A stretch of DNA of 32,000 nucleotides, from NCBI GenBank assembly GCA_021294815.2, contig CP095464.1:210001-242000 (forward strand), given 5' to 3'. How positions within the stretch are numbered: the first letter of the stretch is position 1; every line of letters begins with the position of its first letter. Origin of the DNA: Verrucomicrobiota bacterium. Lineage in GTDB: Bacteria > Verrucomicrobiota > Verrucomicrobiia > Opitutales > LL51. Below are positions 1-9,981 of the stretch, piece after piece. A program made the position numbers and the translations under genes. The notes under the pieces were generated by a model, which was given only the letters and a program-made list of their open reading frames with translations, did not search any database and was not told the origin of the DNA.

Positions 1-1323
1 CTTAGATGTGAAGTAAACAATGCGTTGAATAATCTGTTCCCGGCAGTGATTTTTATTGGGACAGCGCCACATCACCTCACCCTCGTCGCGCACTAACTCG
101 GTACCGCAACAAGGACAATGTTGTGGGAAATGAAAAGGTAACACTCCCTCTGGACGACGCTCTTTGACGACCGCGACAATTGCAGGAATGATCTCCCCCG
201 ATTTTTCGATACGCACGACATCGCCTTCACGGATATCTTTGGCGGCAATCTCATCGGCATTATGCAGCGTCGCCCTCGCGATGGTCGATCCCGCGAGTTG
301 GACAGGAACAAGCTCGGCAACAGGTGCAATCACTCCCGTCCTTCCAATTTGTAGCGTAATTTTTTTTAGAACGGTCTCCGCGCACTCAGGCTCAAACTTG
401 TATGCAAACGCCCAGCGGGGCGCCTTCGCCGTATGCCCTAACACCGCCTGTTGTGCAACCTCGTCCACCTTGAAGACGACGCCATCGGTGTGGTACGGGA
501 ACTGCTGACATTCATGGTGAAGCTGCTCTATGACGCTTTCAAGCGCATTTAAATCCGATAAAAGGTGATAGGCATCCTGCGATGCGAAGCCTTGTTGTTT
601 AAAAAAAGCATACATCTCGTGCTGGCGTGTAAAAAAATTTCCCGCACCGATGCCGTAGGTTAACAAACGAAGCGGGCGCGACCGAACGACCTCGCTGTCC
701 ATCAATTTTAACGTCCCTGATGCCAAATTACGCGCATTAGCAAACATCTCCTGCCCCGCTTCTCGCCGCGCCTGGTTAATCTGCTGAAAAACCGATTCTT
801 CAATATAGACCTCTCCACGGACTTCTAGTAATTCCGGGACATCGTGTAATGTCAACGGCAGCTCCTCGATTGTTTTGACATTGTCCGTCACGTCATCGCC
901 CTCAATGCCATTACCGCGTGTCAAAGCATATGCCAAAGTCCCATGCTCGTACACTAAATTGACTGCAAGGCCATCGATTTTGGGTTCCGCCACATACGTA
1001 ACTTTTTCGACGCCGAGATTTTTACAAATTCGCGCATCAAATTCTCGAACTTCGTCGAGATTATAGGTATTTTCGAGACTTAACAGAGGTACCGTATGTT
1101 TTCGCGTCAGACGTATCCCGCTGCGGTCATCGCCGACGCCGATCTGCTCTAGTTCCGGAATTAACCGCTGTTCGATGTGCCGTAACTCATTTTTCAGGCA
1201 GTCGTACTCGAAATCCGAAATCTCCGGCTTTGATTCCTTGTAGTAGAGGCGGTCGTGGCGCTCAATCGCCGTCCGGAGTTGCTCCCACTGCTTCTGGAGC
1301 TTGCGCTTTTCTTTAGGCGTCAT
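1..1323 (-). CDS. ligA: NAD-dependent DNA ligase LigA, N-terminal ~441 codons (3' end lies beyond the window edge)
   Basis: Absent from the ORF track because it runs off the edge. The reverse frame is open from the ATG at 1323-1321 down to position 1. Translation MTPKEKRKLQ...EPKIDGLAV (KxDG adenylation motif)...RWAFAYKF...LQIGRTGVIAPVA...ATLHN...CPCCGTELVRDEGEVMWRCPNKNHC (Cys4 zinc finger). The hldD stop TGA lies 1 nt upstream of the start. Confidence 0.9.
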   Translation of the reverse strand, partial: MTPKEKRKLQKQWEQLRTAIERHDRLYYKESKPEISDFEYDCLKNELRHIEQRLIPELEQIGVGDDRSGIRLTRKHTVPLLSLENTYNLDEVREFDARICKNLGVEKVTYVAEPKIDGLAVNLVYEHGTLAYALTRGNGIEGDDVTDNVKTIEELPLTLHDVPELLEVRGEVYIEESVFQQINQARREAGQEMFANARNLASGTLKLMDSEVVRSRPLRLLTYGIGAGNFFTRQHEMYAFFKQQGFASQDAYHLLSDLNALESVIEQLHHECQQFPYHTDGVVFKVDEVAQQAVLGHTAKAPRWAFAYKFEPECAETVLKKITLQIGRTGVIAPVAELVPVQLAGSTIARATLHNADEIAAKDIREGDVVRIEKSGEIIPAIVAVVKERRPEGVLPFHFPQHCPCCGTELVRDEGEVMWRCPNKNHCREQIIQRIVYFTSK

Positions 1324-1324
1324 C

Positions 1325-2326
1325 TCACGCCCCAAGTAACTTTCCTGGCACCAGATAGTTCAAAACATAGTCTTGGACTGCTTCTGCGAGCGGTGTCGTT
1401 GGTGTCGTATAACCAATATTACGTAGTTTTTGAATATTACCGCAGGTGTAGTACTGGTACTTCGCGCGGAGTGACTCCGGCATATCAATATATTCGATTT
1501 TAGGCGGTAAGTTCAAAGCGCTAAAAATTGGCGACACCAAATCAACCCACGTGTGTGCAACACCGGAACCGAGGTTATAAATACCGGCGGTGGGCTCGCC
1601 GTCGACAAATTCTGGAACATCGCCGAGAAAAATCGTCATCGCGACCGCATCTTTCACATACAAAAAATCGCGTTGTTGTCGGCCGTCGAGATAATCCGGA
1701 TGATAACTCTTAAACAACTTTACACTACCAGTCGCTTGGATCTGATGGAATCCACGACGAACCATACTTTCCATCGGACCCTTATGATCTTCATTGGGGC
1801 CAAAAACATTAAAATACTTCATGCCATAAATCGGCAACGCACGACGCCAGGCATAGATATCAAAAAGCTGCTTGGAGTAACCGTACGCGTTGAGTGGGCG
1901 CAACTGGTCGATGCAAAGCTCATTGTCATCCATTCCGTCTTGACCGTCACCATAAGTCGCGGCAGAGGATGCATAGACGAAACGGATCCGGCGTGAAACA
2001 GCAATCTGTGCAAGTTTTTTAGTAAAATCAAAATTGTTCTGCATCAGGTAGCGTGCATCGGTCTCCGTGGTGTCGGCACACGCCCCGAGATGAAAAATTG
2101 TCCGAATTTCCTCGGCTTCGGGTGTTTCGAGATATGACCAAAGGTCATCCGCATCGACAAAGTCGCTAAAACGCAGTGGAATAAGATGTTTGTAACGGTC
2201 ATCGCGCCCCAACCGATCGCATACAACAATCGACTCGATCCCGAGATTATTCAATGCCCAGACCAGTGCGCTCCCAATCAACCCGGCACCACCAGTGACT
2301 AAAATTGTTCCCTCATGAATGCTCAT
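1325..2326 (-). CDS. hldD: ADP-L-glycero-D-manno-heptose 6-epimerase
   Basis: 333 aa. Motifs: VTGGAGLIGS Rossmann motif, FVYASSAATYG, PLNAYGYSKQLFD, YFNVFGPNEDHKGPMES, DGRQQRDFLYVKD. AGGTGA Shine-Dalgarno sequence upstream of the ATG. Confidence 0.85.
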   Translation of the reverse strand: MSIHEGTILVTGGAGLIGSALVWALNNLGIESIVVCDRLGRDDRYKHLIPLRFSDFVDADDLWSYLETPEAEEIRTIFHLGACADTTETDARYLMQNNFDFTKKLAQIAVSRRIRFVYASSAATYGDGQDGMDDNELCIDQLRPLNAYGYSKQLFDIYAWRRALPIYGMKYFNVFGPNEDHKGPMESMVRRGFHQIQATGSVKLFKSYHPDYLDGRQQRDFLYVKDAVAMTIFLGDVPEFVDGEPTAGIYNLGSGVAHTWVDLVSPIFSALNLPPKIEYIDMPESLRAKYQYYTCGNIQKLRNIGYTTPTTPLAEAVQDYVLNYLVPGKLLGA

Positions 2327-4091
2327 TTTTCACCTGCTGTTTCTCGTATAATTTTTTGTAAAGGGTTGTGTGCGCGAGGAGTTCGCTGTGGGTTCCCCGT
2401 TCAACGATCTCGCCGTGATCAAAAACAAGCGCTTCATCAATCATGGACATCATACTAAAACGGTGCGAGATCATAATGACGGTACGATCCGCTGCAATGG
2501 CCTCTACAGCCTGGTAAATCGCATGCTGGCTCTCCGAATCCAACGCCGACGTCGCCTCATCAAAGATCAAAATCTTACTGTTTTTCAAAAAAACACGCGC
2601 CAATGCAATCCGTTGCCGTTGACCACCACTGAGACAGCTCCCACTTTCCCCGACGATCGTGTCATAACCCTGCGGTAATTGAGCGATAAAGTCGTGAGCG
2701 TAGGCCGCCTTGGCCGCCTGCACAACCGTCTCATAAGATGCTTTAGGATTTCCCCAAATGATATTATTAAATACCGTATCATTGATAAGTGCCGGGTCTT
2801 GCGGGACATAACCAATCTGCTCACGAAGGTCCCTTTGTCGCAATGAGCGAAGATCAATATCGTCAAGAAATACCGTGCCCTGTTGTGGATCATAAAAGCG
2901 CAGGATCATGTTGACAAAAGTCGACTTCCCCGCGCCACTGCTACCGACCAGTGCGTATTTTTCCCCGGGATTCAGTGTGATATCAATATTTTTTAATGCG
3001 GGCTTTTTCTTCCCGTAAGAAAATGTAACGTCTGAAAACTTAATTTCGCCACGGCATTGCTGCAACTTAATAGGATTTTGGGGATCGCAAATCTGCTCTG
3101 GTTCGCCTAAAATCGACTCAATTCGATCGACGGCCCCCATACTTGTCTGGATCTCGCTGCTGATCACTCCCAATCGTTTCAAAGCATCATAACCGAAGTA
3201 GAGCGCCGTCGCTAAGGACATAAAAACCTCCAACGAAAGCCCTTTCCGATAGGCGTAAAACATCGTAAATCCCACACCCGCAGCCGAGAGAATTTCAACC
3301 ATTGGCGTCACAAACAACTGGTATTTAACAACCTTCAGGTACGCATTTGCAAAATTGCGACACGCCAGACGATAGCGTTCAGTCTCCGCTTGTTCGAGGC
3401 AAAAAGCACGCACTTCCTTTAACGCTGCCAAATTGTGGTTTAATTTATCAATCACATTGGCAACACGGCCCTGCATTTGCTCGGACTTTCGCCGTAACCG
3501 TACTCCAATGCGCCGGATCGGGAAAATAAACGCCGGTAATGCCGACAGAAACAATAACAACGCAATTAGATCCCGCTGCTGAATACACAAATACGCCAAA
3601 TACCCCGTCGCGCCTAAAAGAACCATCGGTTGCGTTACGATATCTTCTGCGATATTCACAATCCCCGTCTGGATCATAGTACTTGCATCGATAGAACGCG
3701 AAATAACTTCTGCCGGCGGATAATCATTAAAAAAACCGAGGTGGAGGCGCTGGATTTTTTGGAAAATTTCCAGGCGGAGGCCTTCGACAATTCGCTGCCC
3801 ACAGGCCGCAAAGTAGTAAGAACTCAAAAACCCCGAAATGCCCCGGACTAACATCACAAAGACCGGTAAGAGCGTCAGCACGACGAGCATCGACGTTGGA
3901 ATTCTCGTATCTCCAAAGAGATTTTTGGAGGAAAATTCTAAAATGATCGGGATCCCAAACCCACTCGAAATCCCGTACAAAATACCAGCGAGGATGGCAA
4001 TCCACACCTGCCCCTTTGCGTCGCGCAGATACCGCAGGTAGCTCAATAGCCGCCGTGGGCTGGCAGAGCACGCTCTCATGATTGCGAGCAT
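2313..4091 (-). CDS. msbA: ABC transporter permease/ATPase fusion, MsbA-like lipid A/lipid exporter
   Basis: 592 aa. N-terminal six-helix TMD followed by an NBD with Walker A GSSGAGKST, signature LSGGQRQR and Walker B ILIFDEATSALD. Sits next to LPS genes. Overlaps the hldD start by 14 nt. The msbA assignment is by context; the family call is firm. Confidence 0.75.
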   Translation of the reverse strand: MLAIMRACSASPRRLLSYLRYLRDAKGQVWIAILAGILYGISSGFGIPIILEFSSKNLFGDTRIPTSMLVVLTLLPVFVMLVRGISGFLSSYYFAACGQRIVEGLRLEIFQKIQRLHLGFFNDYPPAEVISRSIDASTMIQTGIVNIAEDIVTQPMVLLGATGYLAYLCIQQRDLIALLLFLSALPAFIFPIRRIGVRLRRKSEQMQGRVANVIDKLNHNLAALKEVRAFCLEQAETERYRLACRNFANAYLKVVKYQLFVTPMVEILSAAGVGFTMFYAYRKGLSLEVFMSLATALYFGYDALKRLGVISSEIQTSMGAVDRIESILGEPEQICDPQNPIKLQQCRGEIKFSDVTFSYGKKKPALKNIDITLNPGEKYALVGSSGAGKSTFVNMILRFYDPQQGTVFLDDIDLRSLRQRDLREQIGYVPQDPALINDTVFNNIIWGNPKASYETVVQAAKAAYAHDFIAQLPQGYDTIVGESGSCLSGGQRQRIALARVFLKNSKILIFDEATSALDSESQHAIYQAVEAIAADRTVIMISHRFSMMSMIDEALVFDHGEIVERGTHSELLAHTTLYKKLYEKQQVKNEHS

Positions 4092-4109
4092 GCGAGATTT
4101 CCCCGTACG

Positions 4110-5117
4110 TCAAAGGTTAAAAGACCATTGGTCGCGTAATTCACGAAATTTTGGCGTCAAAATCACCCGCTTTATCGCTTCGTTGAGCGTTTCTCGCCAA
4201 GGGTTATTGGGCAAAATTCGAAACGCGAGTTCCTTACGGATCCCGAGCGACAGATACCGAAGACGGGGATCCTGCGCGAGCCAATCCTGCGCCGTAAAAT
4301 GGTCGACGAGTGCATAATCGAGGTTTTTGCCCTCCAATTCCTGTAAAATGTATTGTCGAAGCGTCTTGAGATCATCACAGACCACAATTTTGGCATCCTG
4401 AATCTGGGCCGAACGGATAAATCGCTCGGCAGAAGAATCGCGTAATACCCCGATGCATTTCCCCGTAAAATTCAGCTTTTTTGACGGTTTTGCTGTTGTA
4501 TCTTGACTTTGGATCTTAAGAAAAACCGCACCAAGATCTGTTGATACAATGCCGCTCGTGTAATCTTTAGCATCTTCATCGCACCAATTCGAACCCAAAA
4601 CAACATCGATGGAGTGATCCTGTAACTTCTGGGCTACCTCGGCTGCTGAAATCGCCACAAAATCGTGTTGAAACGCCCCCTCTTGCGCTAAAAGTAAAAA
4701 AACATCGATCTCGAACCCGGCAAATTCATGACCACGTTGTTCACAGAACGGCAAGTTGTGATCGAGTACGCCGACACGGAGAACCTTTTTCGCCTCGGTA
4801 TTTGGAGCTGCTTGTTGTTGCGATACCCGTTGAGGAAGTAGGCGCTCCGCAAGCTTCGCAGCCGCATCGATTTTTTGGGAATCTAACGTAATTTTGAATC
4901 CCTCGGTGTTGGCTTTTTGGTGGCTTAAATCGTGGCGCTCGTGATAAGAAAAAAGCGCATCGGCAATCGCTCGCGCGGCATTGACGTGTTTCGCTTCGAT
5001 CGTCAGACTGGTGGGTTCTTCTTGCGCTGTTCCGAGCTCCGAAGACGGCCCTGATTGCCCACAACAAAGCGGTATCCCTAAAAAAATTCCTAGCAGCCCC
5101 ACCATCCATCCACGCAT
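4110..5117 (-). CDS. Periplasmic solute-binding protein, family 3 (amino-acid type), with a ~110-aa N-terminal extension
   Basis: 335 aa. Signal peptide MRGWMVGLLGIFLGIPLCCG. The C-terminal ~220 aa resemble SBP_bac_3 (LRVGVLDHNLPF..GFEIDV...IDVVLGS). No cognate permease or ATPase is adjacent. Confidence 0.6.
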   Translation of the reverse strand: MRGWMVGLLGIFLGIPLCCGQSGPSSELGTAQEEPTSLTIEAKHVNAARAIADALFSYHERHDLSHQKANTEGFKITLDSQKIDAAAKLAERLLPQRVSQQQAAPNTEAKKVLRVGVLDHNLPFCEQRGHEFAGFEIDVFLLLAQEGAFQHDFVAISAAEVAQKLQDHSIDVVLGSNWCDEDAKDYTSGIVSTDLGAVFLKIQSQDTTAKPSKKLNFTGKCIGVLRDSSAERFIRSAQIQDAKIVVCDDLKTLRQYILQELEGKNLDYALVDHFTAQDWLAQDPRLRYLSLGIRKELAFRILPNNPWRETLNEAIKRVILTPKFRELRDQWSFNL

Positions 5118-5155
5118 AGGCTCTTTCTGTAATCTTACTGCGTGATGTCAATGTT

Positions 5156-6025
5156 TTAGGTCTGGAAGTACGCGAGCTCCGCCCATTGTCCAAGCACCCT
5201 CGTATTCAAAAAATAAGAATCCCAGTACTGCTTGACGAGCGGTGTAAATACCGCCTCAACCGCCGAAGCCTCTTCTTTTAAAATCCCGCTTAGCGAAAGG
5301 CAGCCATAGCGATTGACAGTGTTGACTAAAATCGATGCGTGTTCGATCAGTACGGACGCAAGGACATTCGCCATGATGAGGTCGCCCTGACGGCCTAAAA
5401 TGCCCGCCTTGAGGTCCGCGGTCCGGAATTCGATTCCTGGCGTCTCGTTAAGCACCGCATTGCTGCGACTGACCTGGATCGCATCTGGATCGATATCGAA
5501 GCCATACACGCCTGCAAACCCAAGTTTTGCGGCCGCAATCGAAAGAATTCCTGAGCCACAACCGACATCAATCGCCTGCTTTAAAAAAAGATCTTTCGAA
5601 AATAATCCCTTGTAATCCACCGCACGCGATAGGCAAAGGCGCGTCGTCTCGTGCATCCCCGTCCCAAACGCCATTTCTGCGTCCAGAAAAATGCCAAAAT
5701 CGCCCGAGGGGATTTCATAAGTGTCACGCTCCCAAACAGGGACTATGTGAATGGGCCCAATACGAACTGGATGAAGATACCGCTTATATGCGTCTTTCCA
5801 ATCACAAGCCTCGACGGGCTCGACCACTAAAGATTTTTCTTTTAGTGCAGGATAGAGAACCTGTAATTCCACCCACGCGGGCTCGTAATTCTCGTCGAAA
5901 TAACCACACAGTTGGCAGGCAGCATCAGTCTTTTCGATGGTCCAATTAGGCTGCTCATGCACCTCCAAGAGCTGCGACAACTCCGTACATTCTTGGGTAG
6001 ATAACGCTAAAAAGACCTTATTCAT
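5156..6025 (-). CDS. prmA: Ribosomal protein L11 methyltransferase
   Basis: 289 aa. SAM motif DVGCGSGILSIAAAKLG..FDIDPDA, with FGTGMHETTRLCL preceding it. Overlaps the rpe stop by 8 nt. Confidence 0.85.
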   Translation of the reverse strand: MNKVFLALSTQECTELSQLLEVHEQPNWTIEKTDAACQLCGYFDENYEPAWVELQVLYPALKEKSLVVEPVEACDWKDAYKRYLHPVRIGPIHIVPVWERDTYEIPSGDFGIFLDAEMAFGTGMHETTRLCLSRAVDYKGLFSKDLFLKQAIDVGCGSGILSIAAAKLGFAGVYGFDIDPDAIQVSRSNAVLNETPGIEFRTADLKAGILGRQGDLIMANVLASVLIEHASILVNTVNRYGCLSLSGILKEEASAVEAVFTPLVKQYWDSYFLNTRVLGQWAELAYFQT

Positions 6026-6650
6026 CTTCTAATTGCTGTACAAAGGCTCGCGGGTCGGGTGCATGAAAAAACGCACTTCCTGCGACGATGATACTGGCTC
6101 CCTGCTGGATACACATTGGAGCAGTCCTGAGATCCATCCCTCCATCGACCTCGATTGGAATTGTCGGATCACTTTCGTGGATTTTTTGAATTTTTTCGGC
6201 AACCCCTGGAATAAACGTCTGTCCCGCGAAGCCCGGATGGACGCCCATCACAACATAGTAATCCGGATAGTAAAGTATTGCGGTCTCGACGGGAGTTTCC
6301 GGATTTACTGCCAGTCCCGCGAGCAATCCAAACTGTCGAATTTTTGTTAATGATTTTTGCGGATCATCGGACGCTTCGATATGAACCGAAATCCGATCAG
6401 CGCCAACCTGAGCAAAAGATTCGATAAAATTTTGAGGATGCTCTAGCATTAAATGTACCTCGAACTTCAGATTTTTTTTATATGGCAACAGACGTCGAAC
6501 TGTTTCCGGGCCTAGCGCTAAATTCGGTACAAAATGTCCATCCATGACGTCGATGTGTACCCACGAAGCGCCACTGCGATGGATAACTTCGAAACTAAAA
6601 CGTAAATCGGAAAGATCTCCCGCAAAAATCGACGGTGCGACGATAACCAT
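6018..6650 (-). CDS. rpe: Ribulose-phosphate 3-epimerase
   Basis: 210 aa. APSIFAGD...HIDVMDGHFVPNL...HLM...VNPETP...VMGVHPGFAGQ.F...VDGG are classical Rpe motifs. Confidence 0.9.
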   Translation of the reverse strand: MVIVAPSIFAGDLSDLRFSFEVIHRSGASWVHIDVMDGHFVPNLALGPETVRRLLPYKKNLKFEVHLMLEHPQNFIESFAQVGADRISVHIEASDDPQKSLTKIRQFGLLAGLAVNPETPVETAILYYPDYYVVMGVHPGFAGQTFIPGVAEKIQKIHESDPTIPIEVDGGMDLRTAPMCIQQGASIIVAGSAFFHAPDPRAFVQQLEDE

Positions 6651-7154
6651 TTACCAAGCGTGTGACACAATTCCCGCGATCGTTGACGCGATGCGCCAAG
6701 ATAGATATGCCATATTCTGGTCGCGTGCGGTTTGAAAACTGTCCTGTTTTCCCAGATCGACCTCAGAAAACGTCGACTGGTCGGATAAAACATTTCCCTC
6801 CGCGTCAGTTAATGTCCAGCGGGCCACCATTTTTTGTGACCACGCCAGCGCTTCATCCTCGTCAAAAGGATCATCAACCGATGTACCCTGGGTAAATTCT
6901 GTAACTTCAACCTCTAGATCCGGTACGTTTTCCGAATACGGTACCACCTTTATCGAAGTTTTTTCCTGGAATGCTCTAAAGAGCGCCGTTGTTAACGATT
7001 CCGCGAGCCTCGGTGCTGTCGAGCTATTTTTGACGGGAGCGATATAAATCGACGCGATGGGACACGAATCCTGTCGGGTGTAATGCTGACAGCCCGCTAG
7101 CACAAACCCTGCAATCCACAGGGCACATTGTTTACAGAACCACGACACGTTCAT
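6651..7154 (-). CDS. Lipoprotein, LptE-like (LPS assembly)
   Basis: 167 aa. Lipobox FVLAGC at residues 17-22. Size and the I.IAPVKNSS... pattern fit LptE/RlpB-like proteins. Neighbours are bamD-like and msbA. Weak family signal, judged by eye only. Confidence 0.5.
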   Translation of the reverse strand: MNVSWFCKQCALWIAGFVLAGCQHYTRQDSCPIASIYIAPVKNSSTAPRLAESLTTALFRAFQEKTSIKVVPYSENVPDLEVEVTEFTQGTSVDDPFDEDEALAWSQKMVARWTLTDAEGNVLSDQSTFSEVDLGKQDSFQTARDQNMAYLSWRIASTIAGIVSHAW

Positions 7155-7162
7155 CCCAAAAA

Positions 7163-8260
7163 TTAGACGTGGAATTTTATGCGACGGCTTCCCGGATATT
7201 TTTTAACGGCCTTAGTCGTCTTTGCAGCGGCCTCCAGTGCTAAACGCTCTTGCTTCGGCATGTACGACGGGAATAGAAAGTCAACTGCCGTCGTTTTTGG
7301 CTTCTTACCGTGTTCAATCGCATCGATCTTTTCTTTGGCCACTTCGGCGGATAGCGTGTAGGGCGCGAAGTCGATCGCGAGCCGGTATAACCGCTTGGCG
7401 GCAATATCGTTGTAGCATGCGTTAAAATAGAAATCCCCGAGCGCAATCTTTGAACGTCCAACGGCCTCCTCAAGCTCGCGGATCCGTTGCTGTACCTCTG
7501 GGACACGGGCATCGAGCGGGAATAATGACAAAAACTCCCGATAGTAGCGCCGCGCCGCAAGTGCGCCCCCTTGATTGTACTCTACCCCTTTGACAACACT
7601 GCTATAGATTTCCGCGATCCGTAAATAAGCATCGGGAACCTCCTGGGAATCCGGGTAGAGATCAATTACCCGTTCCAAAGCATCAATCGCCTGCTCATGA
7701 TGCTTGCCGCGCTGGTGAAGTTTTGCGATTTCAAACAGTGCTTGAGGTGCTAACCGGCTATAGGGGGCATACTTTACCACGAGCTCATAGTTTTTAACCG
7801 CTGAGGTGTAGTCCTTTAGCCCTGGGATGATACCAAAATAGCGGGGCCGTGTGCCTGACTGAAGACTTTTGGCAACAGCGAATCCATGCTCAATCGCCGG
7901 TGCAAACCAAACGCTCCCGGGATATTTTTCGATAACCGCTGAAAACATCTTCATCGCGGAACTAAACTCCCGATTGTTCTCGTAGAGCTCTCCACGGCAA
8001 AAATAAGCCTCTGGTGCCGCGTCGCTGTTGGGATAACTATTATAAATTTGCTCGTAGATCTTGAGCATCTCGCGTCGATTGCCCGACGCTCGAGTTTTTT
8101 CTCGCTCGGTCAAGAGCTCTGATAACGGTAATTTGACCGATTGCTGTTTGGCGGATTCCTTTTGTCGACTTTCTCTGTAAAACGACGTATGCGAGCGAGA
8201 AAATGCCGGAACCGCGAGACCTAAAAAGAGGACGACGCCCCAAGGCGCTTTGTTAAACAT
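7163..8260 (-). CDS. TPR-repeat outer membrane assembly factor, BamD/YfiO-like
   Basis: 365 aa. Has a signal peptide. Repeated TPR-like helices with YP(G/D)S motifs (EKYPGSVW, YAPYSRLAPQALFEIAKL, DLYPDSQEVPDAY, IALGDFYFNACYNDIAAKRLYRL). Longer than E. coli BamD and lacks a clear lipobox. Confidence 0.55.
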   Translation of the reverse strand: MFNKAPWGVVLFLGLAVPAFSRSHTSFYRESRQKESAKQQSVKLPLSELLTEREKTRASGNRREMLKIYEQIYNSYPNSDAAPEAYFCRGELYENNREFSSAMKMFSAVIEKYPGSVWFAPAIEHGFAVAKSLQSGTRPRYFGIIPGLKDYTSAVKNYELVVKYAPYSRLAPQALFEIAKLHQRGKHHEQAIDALERVIDLYPDSQEVPDAYLRIAEIYSSVVKGVEYNQGGALAARRYYREFLSLFPLDARVPEVQQRIRELEEAVGRSKIALGDFYFNACYNDIAAKRLYRLAIDFAPYTLSAEVAKEKIDAIEHGKKPKTTAVDFLFPSYMPKQERLALEAAAKTTKAVKKYPGSRRIKFHV

Positions 8261-8270
8261 ACGCCACCGT

Positions 8271-8296
8271 AAGAAACAAACCCATTCCCAATGGGC
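8271..8296 (-). terminator. Possible weak intrinsic terminator/attenuator between fabH and the bamD-like gene
   Basis: On the minus strand: CCCATT-GGG-AATGGG hairpin (6-bp arms at 8281-8286 and 8290-8295) followed by TTTGTTTCTT. The stem is short and AT-containing. Confidence 0.3.
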
Positions 8297-8306
8297 AACA
8301 AAAAAG

Positions 8307-9275
8307 TTACGCCCAACGGACCAATGCCGAACCCCAGGTCATCCCTGCACCGAATGCGACGAGCAATACGAGATCCCCCGACTGAATTTTACCTTCGCGG
8401 ACAGCTTCATCAAGCGCGATCGGGATCGACGCCGCTGAAGTATTGCCGGTATGCGCTAAGTTGACAAAAAGTTTTTCTTCGGGGATTTTGACGCGCTCCG
8501 CGATCGCCGTAATAATCCGCGTATTGGCCTGATGCGGGACTACACACGCGATGTCTTCAATGCCAAGGTGGTTACGCAAAAGAATATCCTCAACCGCCGC
8601 ACACATCCGGCGAACGGCCTCCTTAAATACCTCGCGACCCTCCATTTTAAGATGGCGTTCTGTCCCCCAGGAAACATCGCTTCCTGGGCAATAAAGTAGT
8701 TTAGCACATCGCCCATCAGCACCAATGAGCACATCTAAAATACCAGCCCCACCTGTTCCATGGGCTCGCGATACCACCGCTGCCCCCGCACCGTCACCGA
8801 ATAAAACACAAGTCGAACGATCTTCCCAATCAACGACCGAGGACAATTTTTCGCCCCCGATTACCAGGACATTCTTGATCGAGGCATTACTCGCAATGAA
8901 ATTACGTGCCACATCCAGTGCATAAATAAACCCCGAGCAGGCTGCTCCGAGGTCAAAACAAGGAATATCACTACAACCGAGTTTTTCCTGAATCAGACAG
9001 GCGGTTGAAGGAAACTGAAAATCGGGCGTTATTGTCGCTGTGACGATCATATCGAGATCGCAAACTGCAACCCCCGCACTGGCAATCGCACGCTTCGCCG
9101 CCTCAAAGCATAAACCCGACGTATTTTCTGTATCGAGGCAAATGTGACGCGATTCAATTCCCGTCCGCGTTACAATCCACTCGTGCGTCGTCTCGACCAT
9201 GCTCTCCAAATCGGCATTCGTCAAGACGCGATCGGGGACATACGAGCCGATCCCTCGAATAATAGCGCGATCCAT
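8307..9275 (-). CDS. fabH: 3-oxoacyl-ACP synthase III
   Basis: GIGSYVP..V.TN.DLE, active-site AACSGFIYAL, HQANTRI and GNTSAASIP motifs. The track ORF starts at a TTG (9299) overlapping rpmA. The ATG at 9275 (MDRAIIRGIGSYVP) fits the family N-terminus better. Confidence 0.88.
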   Translation of the reverse strand: MDRAIIRGIGSYVPDRVLTNADLESMVETTHEWIVTRTGIESRHICLDTENTSGLCFEAAKRAIASAGVAVCDLDMIVTATITPDFQFPSTACLIQEKLGCSDIPCFDLGAACSGFIYALDVARNFIASNASIKNVLVIGGEKLSSVVDWEDRSTCVLFGDGAGAAVVSRAHGTGGAGILDVLIGADGRCAKLLYCPGSDVSWGTERHLKMEGREVFKEAVRRMCAAVEDILLRNHLGIEDIACVVPHQANTRIITAIAERVKIPEEKLFVNLAHTGNTSAASIPIALDEAVREGKIQSGDLVLLVAFGAGMTWGSALVRWA

Positions 9276-9288
9276 CCGCGGATCCGGC

Positions 9289-9531
9289 TTACGCAACAAC
9301 GTTTACGCGCCGGTGCTTTGCATCCCACTCCACACGACCATCAACAAGCGCAAACAGCGTAAAATCACGTCCGAGGCCCACATTTTTCCCCGGATGCATT
9401 TTTGTTCCCCGCTGGCGCATCAAGATATTTCCTGCACGAACTGCCTCGCCACCGTATTTTTTAACGCCGAGCCGCTGGCTGTTGCTGTCCCGACCATTAC
9501 GCGATGTTCCCTGACCTTTTTTATGTGCCAT
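9289..9531 (-). CDS. rpmA: 50S ribosomal protein L27
   Basis: 80 aa. [29 protein letters not shown]...[23 protein letters not shown]. Confidence 0.95.
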   Translation of the reverse strand: MAHKKGQGTSRNGRDSNSQRLGVKKYGGEAVRAGNILMRQRGTKMHPGKNVGLGRDFTLFALVDGRVEWDAKHRRVNVVA

Positions 9532-9540
9532 ACTGCCTCC

Positions 9541-9855
9541 TTACGCCTTAATTGACTCGATGCGAATCACCGATAACTCCTGACGATGCCCGCGACGACA
9601 TTCATACCCGTGGCGACGTTTTCTTTTAAACACAACGACCTTCTTACCGCGTTTGTTCTCGAGAAGCATCGCTTTAACGACTGCTCCCTCAACATAAGGT
9701 ACACCTACCTTCGCACTGGGCCCTTCGCCAACAAATAATACCTTGTTCAAATTAATCACGTCACCCGCCTTGGATCCGGCGTAACGATCGACGCACAAAA
9801 CATCGCCCTCATGCACGATCCACTGCTGCCCCTGAGTCTCGATAATCGCCTTCAT
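9541..9855 (-). CDS. rplU: 50S ribosomal protein L21
   Basis: 104 aa. [16 protein letters not shown]...V......[17 protein letters not shown]. Classical rplU-rpmA pair. Confidence 0.92.
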   Translation of the reverse strand: MKAIIETQGQQWIVHEGDVLCVDRYAGSKAGDVINLNKVLFVGEGPSAKVGVPYVEGAVVKAMLLENKRGKKVVVFKRKRRHGYECRRGHRQELSVIRIESIKA

Positions 9856-9952
9856 TACCTTTGTTTGCCGAGTAAAAAGCCCATCTGCCAGAAAGCAAGT
9901 CTATTCTCGAATTTCCCGACGAAAAGAGTTTACACGAAGTTGGGAAGTCCTA

Positions 9953-9981
9953 TTGACAAACCGTGTGGGGTGTGGTATGAT
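9953..9981 (+). promoter_or_regulatory. Near-consensus sigma70-type promoter for the small peptide gene
   Basis: TTGACA (9953-9958), a 17-bp spacer, then TATGAT (9976-9981) preceded by TGG (extended -10 TGn). AAAGGA RBS at 9999-10004, 6 nt before the ATG at 10011. Confidence 0.7.
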
